A stretch of 32,000 bases of DNA from Candidatus Velamenicoccus archaeovorus (GCF_004102945.1 NZ_CP019384.1:420001-452000); one strand, 5' to 3'; positions 9,000 to 16,749 are shown, numbered from the stretch's first letter. The notes: generated from the sequence alone by a model not told the origin. Program-made: numbers and translations.

Positions 9000-9195
9000 G
9001 AATGAAGGAATAAACGTTTATCCCTCGTCTCAACGCTTGTCAATTTTTCCAGGAGGGCCTGGCTATCTTCGCTAGCCGGCCACTCGGAAAAATTGTCTGC
9101 GCAGACTCGGGATTAACCCAGAAAGGGTAGACCTCCGCATTCCACATAGCGGAGGGCCTAATTTTGCAAGGAAGTTTCTAAAAGGAGCAAAATTA
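9000..9195 (+). repeat. Modular hairpin repeat, copy 2 (L module, long hairpin, one 45-nt unit, terminal hairpin abutting the pfkB-family ATG)
   Basis: L module starts at 9006. The long hairpin base is CAATTTTTCC (9041-9050) / GGAAAAATTG (9086-9095). The palindrome GTCTGCGCAGAC follows. The 45-nt unit is 9115-9159. The terminal stem is TAATTTTGC (9159-9167) / GCAAAATTA (9187-9195). Confidence 0.8.
9171..9189 (+). repeat. Right copy of the perfect 19-bp direct repeat; contains the SD of the kinase gene
   Basis: GAAGTTTCTAAAAGGAGCA is identical to 8981-8999. Confidence 0.9.
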
Positions 9196-10098
9196 ATGAG
9201 CATACTTGTCTTGGGGACAACAGCTTTGGATACGGTTCGTACGCCTTCAGGGGCCCGCCGGGAAATGCTGGGAGGGTCTGCCGTGCATTTTTCCATGGGG
9301 GCGCACCATTTTACGCAAGTGAACCTTGTCGCCATCGTCGGCTCCGATTTTCCCAAGAAACATATGGAATTCCTGCGCCGCAAGGGCGTGGTCCTGACGT
9401 CTTTGACCGTCGAAAAAGGGCGGACGTTCCGCTGGGAGGGAGAGTATCGCGGCGATTTAAACGCCGCCCTGACGTTGAGCACCGAGCTGGGCGTGCTTTC
9501 ATTTTTCAAGCCGAGGATCGCCGAGCACCAGAGGTTGATCGATAATATCTTTTTGGCGAATGTCGACCCTGACATCCAGAGGCACCTGTTATCGCACATG
9601 CATTCTCCTCGCTTGGTGGGCCTCGACAGCATGAACTATTGGATCGATCACAAAAAGAGGTCTCTTGTCCGGCTGCTCAAAGATGTTCACATCTTTGTCG
9701 CCAACGACGCGGAAGCCCGCAGCCTCTCGGGAGAGACGAACTTGTTTGCGGCGGCCAAGACGCTGCGTCGCATGGGCGCGCCCATCGTCGTCATCAAAAA
9801 GGGGGAGCATGGCGTCATCGTTTTCTGCAAGGATTTTCTTTATTGCCTTCCGGCTTATCCGGTGGAGAAAGTCATAGATCCGACGGGGGCGGGGGATACC
9901 TTTGCGGGGGGGTTCATGGGATATCTGGCGAGCCGCCGCAAGATCGACGCGGTCGCCGTCAAAAAAGCGATCACCTACGGCACGATCATGGCGTCGTTCA
10001 ATGTGGAAGGCTTCGGCGTGGAGCGCAGCTGCCGGGTGACGGGCCGGGACATCGCCCGCAGGTATCATCATTTAAAAATGATCGCTTCGGTGTGTTGA
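9196..10098 (+). CDS. PfkB/ribokinase-family carbohydrate (or nucleoside) kinase
   Basis: 300 aa with the C-terminal DPTGAGDTFAGGFMGYLA signature (PfkB motif 2) and an N-terminal LGGSAVHFS region. Confidence 0.8.
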   Translation: MSILVLGTTALDTVRTPSGARREMLGGSAVHFSMGAHHFTQVNLVAIVGSDFPKKHMEFLRRKGVVLTSLTVEKGRTFRWEGEYRGDLNAALTLSTELGVLSFFKPRIAEHQRLIDNIFLANVDPDIQRHLLSHMHSPRLVGLDSMNYWIDHKKRSLVRLLKDVHIFVANDAEARSLSGETNLFAAAKTLRRMGAPIVVIKKGEHGVIVFCKDFLYCLPAYPVEKVIDPTGAGDTFAGGFMGYLASRRKIDAVAVKKAITYGTIMASFNVEGFGVERSCRVTGRDIARRYHHLKMIASVC

Positions 10099-10107
10099 CC
10101 GGAATAT

Positions 10108-10578
10108 ATGAACTCGAGAGGAGGTGATCCGGCTCCGATGAAGAAACAAGCGATGGAACTGAGTGTCCAGGACAGGGAATCTCTTTACAAAAGATATCTT
10201 TTCTGGTTATATAAGACCATCAGGGAAGATGCCGATCGCATTGACAGGAAATTTACGCAATTGGTGTTGGATGAACGGATTGCGGCTTTTCTGGAACGGG
10301 ACGCGGCGTCGTTGGACAAAGACTTGCGTTGCGGCGTGGGGCCTTTTGTCGAAGAGTGGAAAACATATATCGCGCAAAAGGCCGATGACGCCCGCAAGCT
10401 GAAGTTTTCGGAAGCCGGGTCTTTGAAGTTCGAGTATGTTTTCTTGCGTCTGAAGCTGAAAGCGGTCGAGCGGCTTATCGTCGAGCGCCTTGGCCGCAGG
10501 CACCTCAAGGAGTTCAGGCGGCGCCTGGAAGAGGTCGCCATGCAGGGGATCCTGCAGGACCATTCGGGACGAAGATGA
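10108..10578 (+). CDS. Hypothetical protein (helical, charged)
   Basis: 156-aa ORF co-directional with and tightly spaced to its neighbours. I recognise no motif. The start is uncertain: ATG 10138 is preceded by GAGAGGAGG. Confidence 0.45.
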   Translation: MNSRGGDPAPMKKQAMELSVQDRESLYKRYLFWLYKTIREDADRIDRKFTQLVLDERIAAFLERDAASLDKDLRCGVGPFVEEWKTYIAQKADDARKLKFSEAGSLKFEYVFLRLKLKAVERLIVERLGRRHLKEFRRRLEEVAMQGILQDHSGRR

Positions 10579-10611
10579 ACTGTTTGTTCCAAAGAGCCGT
10601 ATGAGAGGCAG

Positions 10612-11277
10612 ATGAAGCGCCTATTTCTTTTTTCCCTTGCAGTTTTTCTTGCGACATGCGGCGGATGCGCCCATGGCCGGCCGAAACAGAGCCAGGCGCA
10701 GGCTTATGAGGCCCTGGCTCAGAAGTTCGAGCTGGCCAAGAAAGAGAACGCAGAGCTCAAGAAAGAATTGACGCTGTACCGCAACCTCAAGCACCTGGAT
10801 GTCAGACAATTCGTCCAGGGGGCGGATATCTTTGAAAAGGCCCTGGCCGATGACATCGCCGCCGGGAATATCTGGCTGAGGGTCTCCGACCGCGGACTGG
10901 TGATCACGATCGCCTCCGAAAAACTGTTTATCTCCGGCAGCGCCAGCTTGAGCGACGAGGGGAAAGCGTTCCTGGACAAAATATTCAGCGTCGCGGCCGG
11001 GCATTTCCCGGAGAATTATATTTATGTGGAAGGTCATACGGATAACCAGTCTCTGGCGGTCTTCGAGTGGAAATCGGACTGGGATTTTTCTTTTGCGCGC
11101 GCCTTGGCCGTTGTCGAATATCTTAAACAAAAAGGCGTTGATCCCTTGCGCCTGTCGGCGTCGGGATTCGGCCAGTACCGGCCCAGGGCGTCCAATGAGA
11201 CCAAGGAGGGGCGCCGCCTGAACCGCCGCATCGAAATCATCATCTCGCCGCAAAAAGTGGGGCATCTCGTCGAGTGA
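10612..11277 (+). CDS. OmpA/MotB-domain lipoprotein
   Basis: Has a signal peptide with lipobox LATC, a coiled-coil segment, and a C-terminal OmpA-like domain (VEGHTDN...NRRIEI). Confidence 0.8.
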   Translation: MKRLFLFSLAVFLATCGGCAHGRPKQSQAQAYEALAQKFELAKKENAELKKELTLYRNLKHLDVRQFVQGADIFEKALADDIAAGNIWLRVSDRGLVITIASEKLFISGSASLSDEGKAFLDKIFSVAAGHFPENYIYVEGHTDNQSLAVFEWKSDWDFSFARALAVVEYLKQKGVDPLRLSASGFGQYRPRASNETKEGRRLNRRIEIIISPQKVGHLVE

Positions 11278-11322
11278 AAACTTTCTTTTGCAGAGGCCGG
11301 CAGGGAAATAGAGGGTAAAACG

Positions 11323-11793
11323 ATGGAAGATGTTTTTTTGACGCAGAAAGGCTATGAGCAGCTCCGCGAGGAGTTGGAATTTTTGAAGACCACGAAGCGC
11401 CGCGAGATCTCTCAAGCGATCGCCAAGGCGCGCGCGATGGGAGATTTGTCTGAGAATGCCGAATACGACGCCGCTAAGGAGGCGCAGGGCCATCTGGAAA
11501 AGCGCATCGTCGAACTCGAGGACAAGCTGTCGCGCGCCAGGATCATCGAGAATGAGAACATCCCGACGGACAAGGTCTATATCGGCGCCTGCGTCAAATT
11601 GCGGGACGAGGATACCAAAGAAGAAAGCGCCTACACGCTAGTCTCTCCGGCCGAGGCGGATTATACACAGAACAAGCTGTCGATCGAATCGCCTATCGGT
11701 AAGGCCTTGTTGGGCCGCAAGGCGGGTGAGACGGTCGAGATACAGGTCCCGGCGGGAATTTTGAAATACAAGATCATTGAGATTTCCCGGTGA
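11323..11793 (+). CDS. greA: Transcription elongation factor GreA
   Basis: 156 aa. LTQKGYEQLREELEFLK, GDLSENAEYDAAKEAQ and the C-terminal SPIGKALLGRKAGETVEI motif are canonical for GreA. Confidence 0.92.
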   Translation: MEDVFLTQKGYEQLREELEFLKTTKRREISQAIAKARAMGDLSENAEYDAAKEAQGHLEKRIVELEDKLSRARIIENENIPTDKVYIGACVKLRDEDTKEESAYTLVSPAEADYTQNKLSIESPIGKALLGRKAGETVEIQVPAGILKYKIIEISR

Positions 11794-11803
11794 AGAGAAA
11801 GGC

Positions 11804-12289
11804 GTGTCCGTGTTGAAGCATCCCGGCCGTTTTATTTTCGGCGTCGCTTTCCTGGCTGTGATCGGCTATGCGTTGGTGTCTTTTCTGCAGGAAAACGACG
11901 AGGCGAAGATCCGGCGCACCGTTTATGCCGCCGTGCTGGGCGTCGAAAGAAACGAGCCGGCACGTTACGGGCGGGTCCTTTCGGCGTCGTATAAAGATGA
12001 ATATGGTAACGACAAGGCCTCGGTCCTCAAGATCGCGGCAGATGCCTTTAAGGACTACAAGCCTTTTAAGGTCGAGATCAAAGCATTAAAAACAGAGGTC
12101 CAGGGCCCGGAGGCGACGACACAGATCGCCTATCGCTGCCTGTTTAAGAAAAGCGGCGGCAGCGGCCAGATCTATTATGATGCCGGGAAGCTTATCGCCT
12201 CCTGGCGCAAGGAAACATCCGGCTGGAAGATCGTCAAGATCGAATATACGGGTTCTCAGGAAATGCTGTTTTTGCCCGTTGTGGCATAA
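11804..12289 (+). CDS. Hypothetical membrane-anchored protein (possibly NTF2/SnoaL-like fold)
   Basis: The track ORF begins at TTG 11777, overlapping greA. More likely starts are GTG/TTG at 11804-11813, just before the TM helix FIFGVAFLAVIGYALVSF. I recognise no motif, and the fold suggestion is weak. Confidence 0.45.
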   Translation: MSVLKHPGRFIFGVAFLAVIGYALVSFLQENDEAKIRRTVYAAVLGVERNEPARYGRVLSASYKDEYGNDKASVLKIAADAFKDYKPFKVEIKALKTEVQGPEATTQIAYRCLFKKSGGSGQIYYDAGKLIASWRKETSGWKIVKIEYTGSQEMLFLPVVA

Positions 12290-12329
12290 GGGGCGGTATT
12301 TCATAAGAGGGCCGGCGAGGGGAGGGGCT

Positions 12330-12572
12330 ATGGCGGCAGGAGCAAAGAAGAGTTGCAAGACATGCGGCAAGAGCGTCAGGGATCACGGCCACTTGTGCGC
12401 ACCGCTGAAGGCCAAAGACGAGACATGCAATTGGTGCGGTTCGCTGATCATGGATGCGCGGCATATGTGCGACGCCAAGTTAAAGAGGTTGAGCTACATC
12501 TGTAATTCGTGCGGCCGGTTGGCGTTGGCGCCTCAGTATCTTTGTCGGCCCCGTAAGATCAAGAAGGTGTAG
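12330..12572 (+). CDS. Small Cys-rich protein with three C-x2-C-x10-C repeats
   Basis: ATG at 12330 is preceded by GAGGGGAGGGG. The 80-aa product has three ~24-aa repeats: CKTCGKSVRDHGHLC, CNWCGSLIMDARHMC and CNSCGRLALAPQYLC. The track's longer 12177 start has no support. Confidence 0.55.
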   Translation: MAAGAKKSCKTCGKSVRDHGHLCAPLKAKDETCNWCGSLIMDARHMCDAKLKRLSYICNSCGRLALAPQYLCRPRKIKKV

Positions 12573-12595
12573 GTTTTAGAGGCGGTTTTTGGAGG

Positions 12596-13669
12596 TCAAG
12601 AGCGGGGAAGTTCAAGAGGCATGCGGGAAGGCGAGAGCTTTTCAATGACGGAGCCCAGCGCCTTTCGGTGTGCCTTTTTCATTTTCAGTTCGTCGCAGAG
12701 GCGCATGGCTTTTTTCTGGAGTTTTTTCATCCTTTCCAGGCACGAAGCATAGGATCCGCTGGAGACGATCAGGCGGCGCAGGACGTCGAGATCGGCGAGC
12801 GTCTTGTCGTCCTTTTCGAGGATACGGCGCAGTTGGGCGCGGGATTTCCCGTAGAGGCCGTTATAGGCCTTGAAGACCAGAAGGGTTTTTTTGGATTCAT
12901 TGAGGTCTGTCAGGACGGGTTTTCCGATGACGTCCTGCGTGGCGAAAAGGTCAAGGATGTCGTCGTAGATCTGGAAGGCCTGCCCTGCGGCCAGGCCGAG
13001 TTGAGAGAGTTTTTTCTGTTGTGCCGCCGGCGCACCTGCGAGGATCGCGCCCATGAGCAACGGACACTCAAAGGTGTAGCGCGCCGTCTTGAGGGTGTAG
13101 TTTAAAAGGATGCGGCCCTGCGTCAAATCATCGATGTCCTGGTGGCCGGAGACGATATCGATGAATTCTCCTGCGCCCGTGTAGGCCGCTGTTTCGGCGA
13201 GTTTTTTCAAGGTTTCTTCTTTGCGTCGGCAGTCTTCCTTGACCGACGTCAGCGAGGCGATGGCCAAAGCGAAGAGGATATCTCCGGCCACGATCGCCAG
13301 GTCCTTGCCGATCCTGGCTTTGTCGGGAAGGTGAAGTTTATGGTCGAACATTTTGTGGAGTGTCGGTTTGCCTCGCCGCAGACTGGAATTGTCGATGACG
13401 TCGTCATGGATCAGCATATAATCGTGCAGGAGCTCAATCGAGGCGGCAGAAGTAAAGAGGGAATCATCGTCGCGTGCGGGTCTTGCGGCATATCCTTTGT
13501 AGCTTAAGACAAAGAGGAGGGGGCGGATGCGCTTGCCTTTGCGCAGGACGAATTCCCTCGTGAAGGCGAAAAGATGGTCCGAGACCTGGCGTAGCCGGTA
13601 GTGCCGGTTGGCTTCATCCAGTACCCGCCGGATCCCTGCATTGATTTTGTTTAAGTATCCTTCTATCAT
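12596..13669 (-). CDS. Polyprenyl diphosphate synthase (trans-isoprenyl diphosphate synthase family)
   Basis: Carries the first aspartate-rich motif LIHDDVIDNS (DDxxD) and the second, FQIYDDILD. 357 aa. Chain length is not deducible. Confidence 0.88.
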   Translation of the reverse strand: MIEGYLNKINAGIRRVLDEANRHYRLRQVSDHLFAFTREFVLRKGKRIRPLLFVLSYKGYAARPARDDDSLFTSAASIELLHDYMLIHDDVIDNSSLRRGKPTLHKMFDHKLHLPDKARIGKDLAIVAGDILFALAIASLTSVKEDCRRKEETLKKLAETAAYTGAGEFIDIVSGHQDIDDLTQGRILLNYTLKTARYTFECPLLMGAILAGAPAAQQKKLSQLGLAAGQAFQIYDDILDLFATQDVIGKPVLTDLNESKKTLLVFKAYNGLYGKSRAQLRRILEKDDKTLADLDVLRRLIVSSGSYASCLERMKKLQKKAMRLCDELKMKKAHRKALGSVIEKLSPSRMPLELPRS

Positions 13670-13678
13670 TGATTTAGC

Positions 13679-13705
13679 CCGTTAGAGAACGAAGTTCTCT
13701 AACGG
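13679..13705. other. Perfect 11-bp hairpin next to the polyprenyl synthase start codon
   Basis: CCGTTAGAGAA-cgaag-TTCTCTAACGG lies 10 nt from the - strand ATG (13669), where an SD would be expected. Function unknown. Confidence 0.5.
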
Positions 13706-14050
13706 GGTTTACTAGCGTGCACGAACCAGCATAGACGCCTTATCCCCTTAGAGACAGGTCCAGTTAGATCTAGCTGGACAAGAAACATTTTGAACAGACT
13801 TAACTAATTCTTGCTGAAGCGGTTCCGTGATTTTCACCACAAATCATGGACTATTCTGATTGAATGCAGTCCTGTGTTTGGCTTCTCTGACGGGATTCAA
13901 TGTAGCACAAAAGGCCGGCGGCCGCAATACTCTTGCAAAGCTTTTGGAAGTATAATATCATATAGTTTACCCCGTTATAGAAAGCCGCGTCTTTGGGTGG
14001 GATTATTTCAAGGCAACTGTACGGAGTAAAAGCATTGTGTCCGTTTTTTC

Positions 14051-14077
14051 GTTGGAAAGGATAGAGTCCTTTCCAAC
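14051..14077. other. Perfect 11-bp hairpin in the long AT-rich divergent intergenic region
   Basis: GTTGGAAAGGA-tagag-TCCTTTCCAAC is followed immediately by a small AGGG-ttta-CCCT hairpin. No U-run follows on either strand, so it is not a canonical terminator. Confidence 0.5.
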
Positions 14078-14158
14078 AGGGTTTACCCTGTGTTGGCCCT
14101 GAATACATAACGTTTGGGGCCGGCAGGATTTCATGACCCGGGTACCTGGGAGTTCTCC

Positions 14159-15295
14159 GTGGGAGATATCGTTGTGATCGGGGCCGGATTTGCCGGCTTG
14201 GAAGCGGCCAGGGTTTTTTCCAGGCATCGAAGAGCCCTGGGCGGTCGCCGCGTCATCCTCGTTGACGCCAAGAGGACTTTTGATTTTCTGCCTATCCTTC
14301 CGGACATGCTCGGCGGCCGCATCGTCCGCGACCACGCGGTCCTTGATGTGGCGGAATACCTTGAAAGACTGGGGGTGAATTTTGAGAATGGCGAAGCGGC
14401 GTCCGTGGACATGGCGGCCCGCGAGGTCCGTCTCAAAGACGGCCACGCGCTGGGATACGAATATCTCTTGGTGTGCTGCGGGTCTGTGACTAATTTTTAC
14501 GGCGCCGTCGAAATAGAAAAGCACGCCCTGAAGCTGGATTCGGCCGACGATGCCGCCATGATCCAAAATACGGTGGTCACGTATCCGCAGAAGAAGTTTT
14601 TGATCGTCGGCGGCGGCTATACAGGTATCGAGATCGCCACGAATATCGCCAGGTTTTTGAGGCGGCACAGGATCAGGAAGTACAACATTCATGTGGTCGA
14701 GCGCCAGGAAGATATTCTTACGGCCCTGCCGGAGTGGATGAGGGATTATTGCCGTCTCAACCTGTGCCGTTTGCGCATCCAGCTTCATGTCGGCGCCTCC
14801 ATCAGTCAGAGGACAGAGAGCAGCGTGACGTTATCCAATGGTCTTCGGATCGATGATTGCCTTCTTATCTGGGCCGCGGGTGTGCAGACTCCCGGCTTTG
14901 TGCGCCGCCTGCCTTCTGAGCAGGACCCGCAGGGGCGCCTGAAGGTTGGCAAGACCCTGAGTTTTGCCGAAGGGGCTTTTGCCGCGGGCGACGCGGCGGC
15001 CTTTATGAAAAAAGGCAGGGCCTTGCGCATGGCCGTCCAGTTTTCGCTCAATGAGGGGCACCTGGCTGCCGAAAATATTCTGCGGTTGTGCGCGGGCCGT
15101 AAGAAGCTTAAAGCGTACAGACCGGTGGATTTGGGATACCTGGTGCCGATGGCGAATTTTCGCGCCTGCGGGACGGTCCTGGGCGTTCCCGTCTTGGGTT
15201 TTGCGGGCTGGATATTGCATTACGCTATGTGTATCTATAGAAGCCTGTCGCTGCGCCACCGTCTTGGTATCGCCAGAGATATTCTTTTGAGATGA
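14159..15295 (+). CDS. NAD(P)/FAD-dependent oxidoreductase, type II NADH dehydrogenase (NDH-2)-like
   Basis: Has an N-terminal dinucleotide fold IVVIGAGFAGLEAA, a second fold FLIVGGGYTGIEIA, and GDAAAF near the C-terminus. The track start is TTG 14114. GTG 14159 puts the GxGxxG at the N-terminus as usual. Confidence 0.75.
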   Translation: MGDIVVIGAGFAGLEAARVFSRHRRALGGRRVILVDAKRTFDFLPILPDMLGGRIVRDHAVLDVAEYLERLGVNFENGEAASVDMAAREVRLKDGHALGYEYLLVCCGSVTNFYGAVEIEKHALKLDSADDAAMIQNTVVTYPQKKFLIVGGGYTGIEIATNIARFLRRHRIRKYNIHVVERQEDILTALPEWMRDYCRLNLCRLRIQLHVGASISQRTESSVTLSNGLRIDDCLLIWAAGVQTPGFVRRLPSEQDPQGRLKVGKTLSFAEGAFAAGDAAAFMKKGRALRMAVQFSLNEGHLAAENILRLCAGRKKLKAYRPVDLGYLVPMANFRACGTVLGVPVLGFAGWILHYAMCIYRSLSLRHRLGIARDILLR

Positions 15296-15380
15296 AGGCT
15301 TCTTTTTGTTCAAACGCCCGTAATTTTTTCTTTCGGTTGGATCCGTCGGCTCTCGGAAGATTTAAAACGTGACGGGCAGA

Positions 15381-16457
15381 ATGAGGGAGAACGGTTTGAA
15401 AAATAAATTCTTTTTTGTGTGCGCGTTGCTTTTGTTGGCAGGCGGCTGCGCCACGACGTCAAAATTTCCTTATACGACGCAAGTCATTCATAGTACCGTC
15501 TATTTCCCGGTAATGGAGATGTGCCAGGCAGACGGCGTAACGTGGGATTACGACCCTTTGAGCCAGGTCCTTATCCTCAAGAAAGACAACAAGACGCTTG
15601 AGCTTTTGGTTGGCAGCGACCGGGCTATCTTGGGAAATGCGCCGATCCGGCTCTCCCGGCCTGTGGTCTTGAAGGATAGCGTTGTTTGGGCGCCTGTTGA
15701 AGTGCGTTCCTATCTGATCCCCGTGCCTTGTCCTGTCGCAGCGAAGGCCGGAAAGGAGAAGGGGATTTTCTTGAGGCCGGTCAGGGTTGTTGTTTTGGAT
15801 CCAGGACACGGCGGCAAGGATCCCGGGGCCATCGGTAAGAACGGCCTGCGCGAGAAAGATGTCGTTTTGGATGTCGCCAAAAAAGTGCAAAAAGAACTGC
15901 AGCGGTGCGGTGTTGTGGTTTACTTGACGCGTGACGACGACCGGTTCATCCCCCTTGCCGAAAGGCCGAAGATCGCGGGGAGCAAAAAGGCCGATATCTT
16001 TGTCAGCATTCACGCCAATGCCACCAGGTCCCGCTGGATCGAAGGATTTGAGGTCTATTATCTGAGCACTGCCGTTGACGATAATGCCAGGGCATTGGCG
16101 GCGGCGGAGAATGCGCCGCTGGAGTTGGAAGACGCGGATTTCTTCGAATCCATATCTTTAAAGGCGATCCTGTGGGACATGATCCAGACGGAGAATCGCA
16201 AGGAGTCGATCGAGTTGGCCCAGCATCTCGGCGATGTCGTCTCAGCTTCCATGAACCTGAAAATGCTTGGTGTCAAAGGCGCAGGGTTTGCCGTTCTTAA
16301 AGGGGCTTATATCCCGTCGGTTCTGGTGGAGATTGGATATCTTTCCAACGGGGAAGGCGAAAGGAAGCTGTGCGATCCTCAATACCGCAAGCGCATGGCA
16401 GAGAGTATCGCAGCGGGGATCATGAGATTCAAGATTTATGCAGAAGGGTCGGAATAA
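15381..16457 (+). CDS. N-acetylmuramoyl-L-alanine amidase (Amidase_3 family) with signal peptide
   Basis: VVLDPGHGGKDPGAIG, FVSIHANA and GFAVLKG...PSVLVEIGYLSN are Amidase_3 hallmarks. The N-terminal signal ends in LLLAGGC. The track start is GTG 15369; the in-frame ATG 15381 is preferred. Confidence 0.88.
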   Translation: MRENGLKNKFFFVCALLLLAGGCATTSKFPYTTQVIHSTVYFPVMEMCQADGVTWDYDPLSQVLILKKDNKTLELLVGSDRAILGNAPIRLSRPVVLKDSVVWAPVEVRSYLIPVPCPVAAKAGKEKGIFLRPVRVVVLDPGHGGKDPGAIGKNGLREKDVVLDVAKKVQKELQRCGVVVYLTRDDDRFIPLAERPKIAGSKKADIFVSIHANATRSRWIEGFEVYYLSTAVDDNARALAAAENAPLELEDADFFESISLKAILWDMIQTENRKESIELAQHLGDVVSASMNLKMLGVKGAGFAVLKGAYIPSVLVEIGYLSNGEGERKLCDPQYRKRMAESIAAGIMRFKIYAEGSE

Positions 16458-16489
16458 GAAATTTGCAGGGGAAAACGGAAAGGGCAAGG

Positions 16490-16749
16490 TTAAGGAATAA
16501 ATCTTGCCCCTTGCGTTAACGCTTGAAAATTTTTCCAGGGCGAGCCGGAAAAATTTTCGGCGCACGCTCGGGGTTAACCCAGAAAGGGTAGGTCTCCGCA
16601 TTCCACATAGAGGAGGACCTAACCCAGAAAGGGTAGGTCTCCGCATGCCGCAGAAAGCGGCATACTGGCTCTTCCGATTGAGCCAGGTCATCCACATAGC
16701 GGAGGGCCTAATTTTGCGATGAAATAACCTAAAAAAAGGGGCAAAATTA
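16490..16749 (+). repeat. Modular hairpin repeat, copy 3 (L module, minimal long hairpin, one 45-nt unit plus one expanded unit, terminal hairpin abutting the murI ATG)
   Basis: The L module is TTAAGGAATAAATCTTGCCCCTTGCGTTAACGCTTG. A perfect 12-bp stem pairs GAAAATTTTTCC (16525-16536) with GGAAAAATTTTC (16547-16558). The plain unit is 16576-16620. The expanded unit 16621-16709 has nested hairpins ATGCCGC/GCGGCAT and CTGGCTC/GAGCCAG. The terminal stem is TAATTTTGC (16709-16717) / GCAAAATTA (16741-16749). Confidence 0.85.

Noticed and set aside
9002-9013. Mini-ORF ATG AAG GAA TAA (MKE*) at the left edge of repeat copy 2, preceded by the duplicated SD.
   Set aside because: It is not conserved in the other copies (GTTAAGGAATAA, ATTAAGAAATAA). 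It is most simply a by-product of the duplicated initiation box, though a leader peptide cannot be fully excluded.
9072-9632. Antisense ORFs through the repeat copies (9072-9632, 16242-16817, 20472-20843, 20486-20686), sharing the peptide CGMRRPTLSGL.
   Set aside because: The shared peptide is just the reverse translation of the repeat unit. The ORFs otherwise run antisense to well-supported genes (kinase, murI, fumarase) and have no start signals.
10621-11493. 290-aa - strand ORF spanning the OmpA-like gene and the greA start. Similar antisense ORFs are at 700-1488, 4155-4850, 12668-13105, 14003-14788, 21199-22042 and 30702-31541.
   Set aside because: All are shadow ORFs opposite genes with clear family motifs. 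They are Arg/Pro/Gly-rich, as expected from antisense GC-rich coding sequence, and have no recognisable domains.
13811-14108. Short ORFs in the AT-rich intergenic region (13811-14029 +, 13851-14108 -).
   Set aside because: The + ORF has a non-ATG start. Neither has an SD or recognisable motifs, and they overlap each other. The region is better treated as non-coding.
16576-16709. Possibility that the 45-nt tandem units (also 20511-20732) are a CRISPR array.
   Set aside because: Units are directly adjacent with no unique spacers, arrays have only 2-3 units, and no cas genes are nearby.
16576-16709. Possibility that the units encode a hammerhead or other small self-cleaving ribozyme (GAAA-containing loops).
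   Set aside because: I found no CUGAUGA core and no arrangement matching the hammerhead three-way junction. I cannot exclude other ribozyme classes without a covariance-model search.
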